A DNA stretch of 64,000 nucleotides from Nemertoderma westbladi (lineage: Eukaryota > Animalia > Xenacoelomorpha): NCBI GenBank assembly GCA_032718475.1, contig JAUCBJ010004612.1, positions 23,534-87,533 of the forward strand. The letters are read 5' to 3'. Shown here in pieces: positions 62,536 through 64,000 of this stretch. Each line of letters opens with the position of its first letter. The first letter of the stretch is position 1. The notes below the pieces were generated by a model that saw nothing but the letters and a program-made list of their open reading frames with translations, had not been told where the DNA came from and did no database searches. The position numbers and the translations under genes are program-made.

Positions 62536-64000
62536 ATGTCTGACACAAAGCAAAACCTGTCAGACAGTCTCCTAGATACAACCATCTGTGACCCAGATAG
62601 GAGTGCTGAACGTTTGAGACCGAAGTTCAACTCACCTCCTACTGTAAGAAAGATCATCCCTCCAGTAGTAGTATCAGACCCTAGGCTAGTCCAACACCGT
62701 AGGTCTATCATAGGCACTCGGGCTCAAGTCAAGCGGGATCAAGAAGCAGCTGTCAAACAGCAGCAACACCCTAGCCGAGAACTTATTTCTCAGCGGCCCG
62801 ATAGCTCCAGTAGTTCGGATACTGTAGAGCTGACACCCGAGCGCGGAGCAAAGATGGCAGATGCGGTTTATTCGGATCCCCTTCTCATTCTCCCTGCAGC
62901 TGTACACACTAGGGTATTGATTGCGGTGGAGGAACACCAAATTGATTGGACTAGAAGTAAACGATCGACCAAGGACAGTTCTGCGGGATACACAAGGGAG
63001 GAACTGAAGTCTATTGTCGAGTCGCAATGGAACTTCCCCGGACCCGGACTCCCGTTTAACTTATCGGAAGCTGCCTGGGAAGACCTATACAGGATGGGGG
63101 TGACAAAGGATACTAGTGATCCGGCTGTATGGAAGAGGTCGGCAGCAGGATACGTACAGGGATTCTTCAGCTCTTTGGAGCGATTAGAGGAACAACTGTT
63201 TCAACAACCCCAAGGACCTCAAGAGCAGGGAGAGCTGCTTTATCAAGTTCGAGAAAGAATTCTAAGAATCAGACTAATCCTATCGGCCTTTGAGGAAGCT
63301 TCGAAAAGAAGACAAGACACGTCGTTGCAAGTTGCCGTAAAGACTTGGTTCCAGCGGGTGAGTCTCAAGGTTCAAGGAACGGCCCAGTGGAAATTTCAGC
63401 TGGCTGAGCGCTCAACCCATGGAGAATCAACAGACGCTACCTTTTCTCAAGTGGAAAGCGAATCGACAGCAGAGAAACCGCAGAAGAAGGACGCTATTGA
63501 CATCTATCTGTCAGACTATCAACAATTTCTAGGTGATGAAGAGTTGAGGAGAAGGCTGGCTGGACTTCGCCCAAATAGTGAAGGAGCCAAGTTGGTGCTG
63601 GACGCAATAGATGCGGAAATGTTAGCTGCGAACCAAGCTAAATTTGATGAAAGCAGCCGCATCGCTAGGGTCCAAGAAGAACAAGTAAAGAAAAAACGTA
63701 TAGAAGACAGAAAGACAGCAGCAGCGGCAGCGGCAGAAGCGGAAAGAAAAGCGGCAGAAGTGGAAAGAAAAGCAGCAGAGGCAGCGGCAGAAGTGGAAAG
63801 AAAAGCGGCAGCGGCAGAAGCGGAAAGAAAAGCGGCAGAAGTGGAAAGAAAAACGGCAGTGGAAGCGGCAGAAGCGGAAAGAAAAGCGGCAGAAGCGGAA
63901 AGAAAGATAGCAGTGGCAGAAGCAGAACGGAGAGCATCTGAAGAGACCACCCAACTAGAGTTGGAAAATCTGCAAGAGAAGCAAGACTACATAGATAAAC
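62536..64000 (+). CDS. gag: BEL/Pao gag(-pol) N-terminus, open to the window end (>488 aa; absent from the ORF track)
   Basis: Hand translation from ATG 62536 (MSDTKQNLSD...) has no stop to 64000. Includes KKDAIDIYLSD and AEAERKAAEVERK repeats homologous to BEL1 fragments. Confidence 0.87.
   Translation, partial: MSDTKQNLSDSLLDTTICDPDRSAERLRPKFNSPPTVRKIIPPVVVSDPRLVQHRRSIIGTRAQVKRDQEAAVKQQQHPSRELISQRPDSSSSSDTVELTPERGAKMADAVYSDPLLILPAAVHTRVLIAVEEHQIDWTRSKRSTKDSSAGYTREELKSIVESQWNFPGPGLPFNLSEAAWEDLYRMGVTKDTSDPAVWKRSAAGYVQGFFSSLERLEEQLFQQPQGPQEQGELLYQVRERILRIRLILSAFEEASKRRQDTSLQVAVKTWFQRVSLKVQGTAQWKFQLAERSTHGESTDATFSQVESESTAEKPQKKDAIDIYLSDYQQFLGDEELRRRLAGLRPNSEGAKLVLDAIDAEMLAANQAKFDESSRIARVQEEQVKKKRIEDRKTAAAAAAEAERKAAEVERKAAEAAAEVERKAAAAEAERKAAEVERKTAVEAAEAERKAAEAERKIAVAEAERRASEETTQLELENLQEKQDYIDK

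Larger units (their letters stand above)
59304..64000 (+). mobile_element. BEL/Pao retrotransposon copy 2 (related subfamily), 5' part
   Basis: LTR-like 59304-60128 ending AAAGCA then TTTCCTAAAGAATGCGC. Leader 60129-62535 is colinear with the reverse complement of 50258-51270 plus 29547-30513. gag is homologous to copy 1. Confidence 0.88.

Noticed and set aside
63519-63954. Minus-strand Ala/Ser-, Phe/Arg/Cys- and Leu/Pro-rich ORFs
   Set aside because: Antisense shadows of the AEAERK repeat in the plus-strand gag ORF.

Overview
Eukaryotic (probably invertebrate animal) repeat-dense region built almost entirely of nested mobile elements, with no host gene recognised. The centrepiece is a full-length Polinton/Maverick (adintovirus-like endogenous virus) at 30514-50251, with ~410-bp TIRs starting AGTAGT and a 6-bp TSD (TACGCC). 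It carries integrase, packaging ATPase, two tandem minor-capsid genes, major capsid, adenain protease and a protein-primed PolB. Its accessory genes are unusual: a TATA-binding-protein (TBP)-like gene overlapping the PolB 3' end, a PC4-like protein with an NLS upstream of PolB, a RING finger protein and a DEDD-like nuclease. The Polinton sits in the 5' leader of a decayed minus-strand BEL/Pao LTR retrotransposon (4634-51742) that has an extra zinc-knuckle ORF before its 3' LTR. That BEL also hosts an L1/Tx1 LINE (itself interrupted by a 3-kb non-coding insert containing a tRNA-like 73-mer), an RTE-like fragment and two copies of a 1.55-kb TTAA-target MITE. The rest of the window holds the 5' end of a Gypsy-like element, Helentron-like repeats, a TA-target non-autonomous DNA transposon and a second related BEL whose gag ORF is open to the window edge. 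All family assignments are by-eye motif recognition; no database searches were run.
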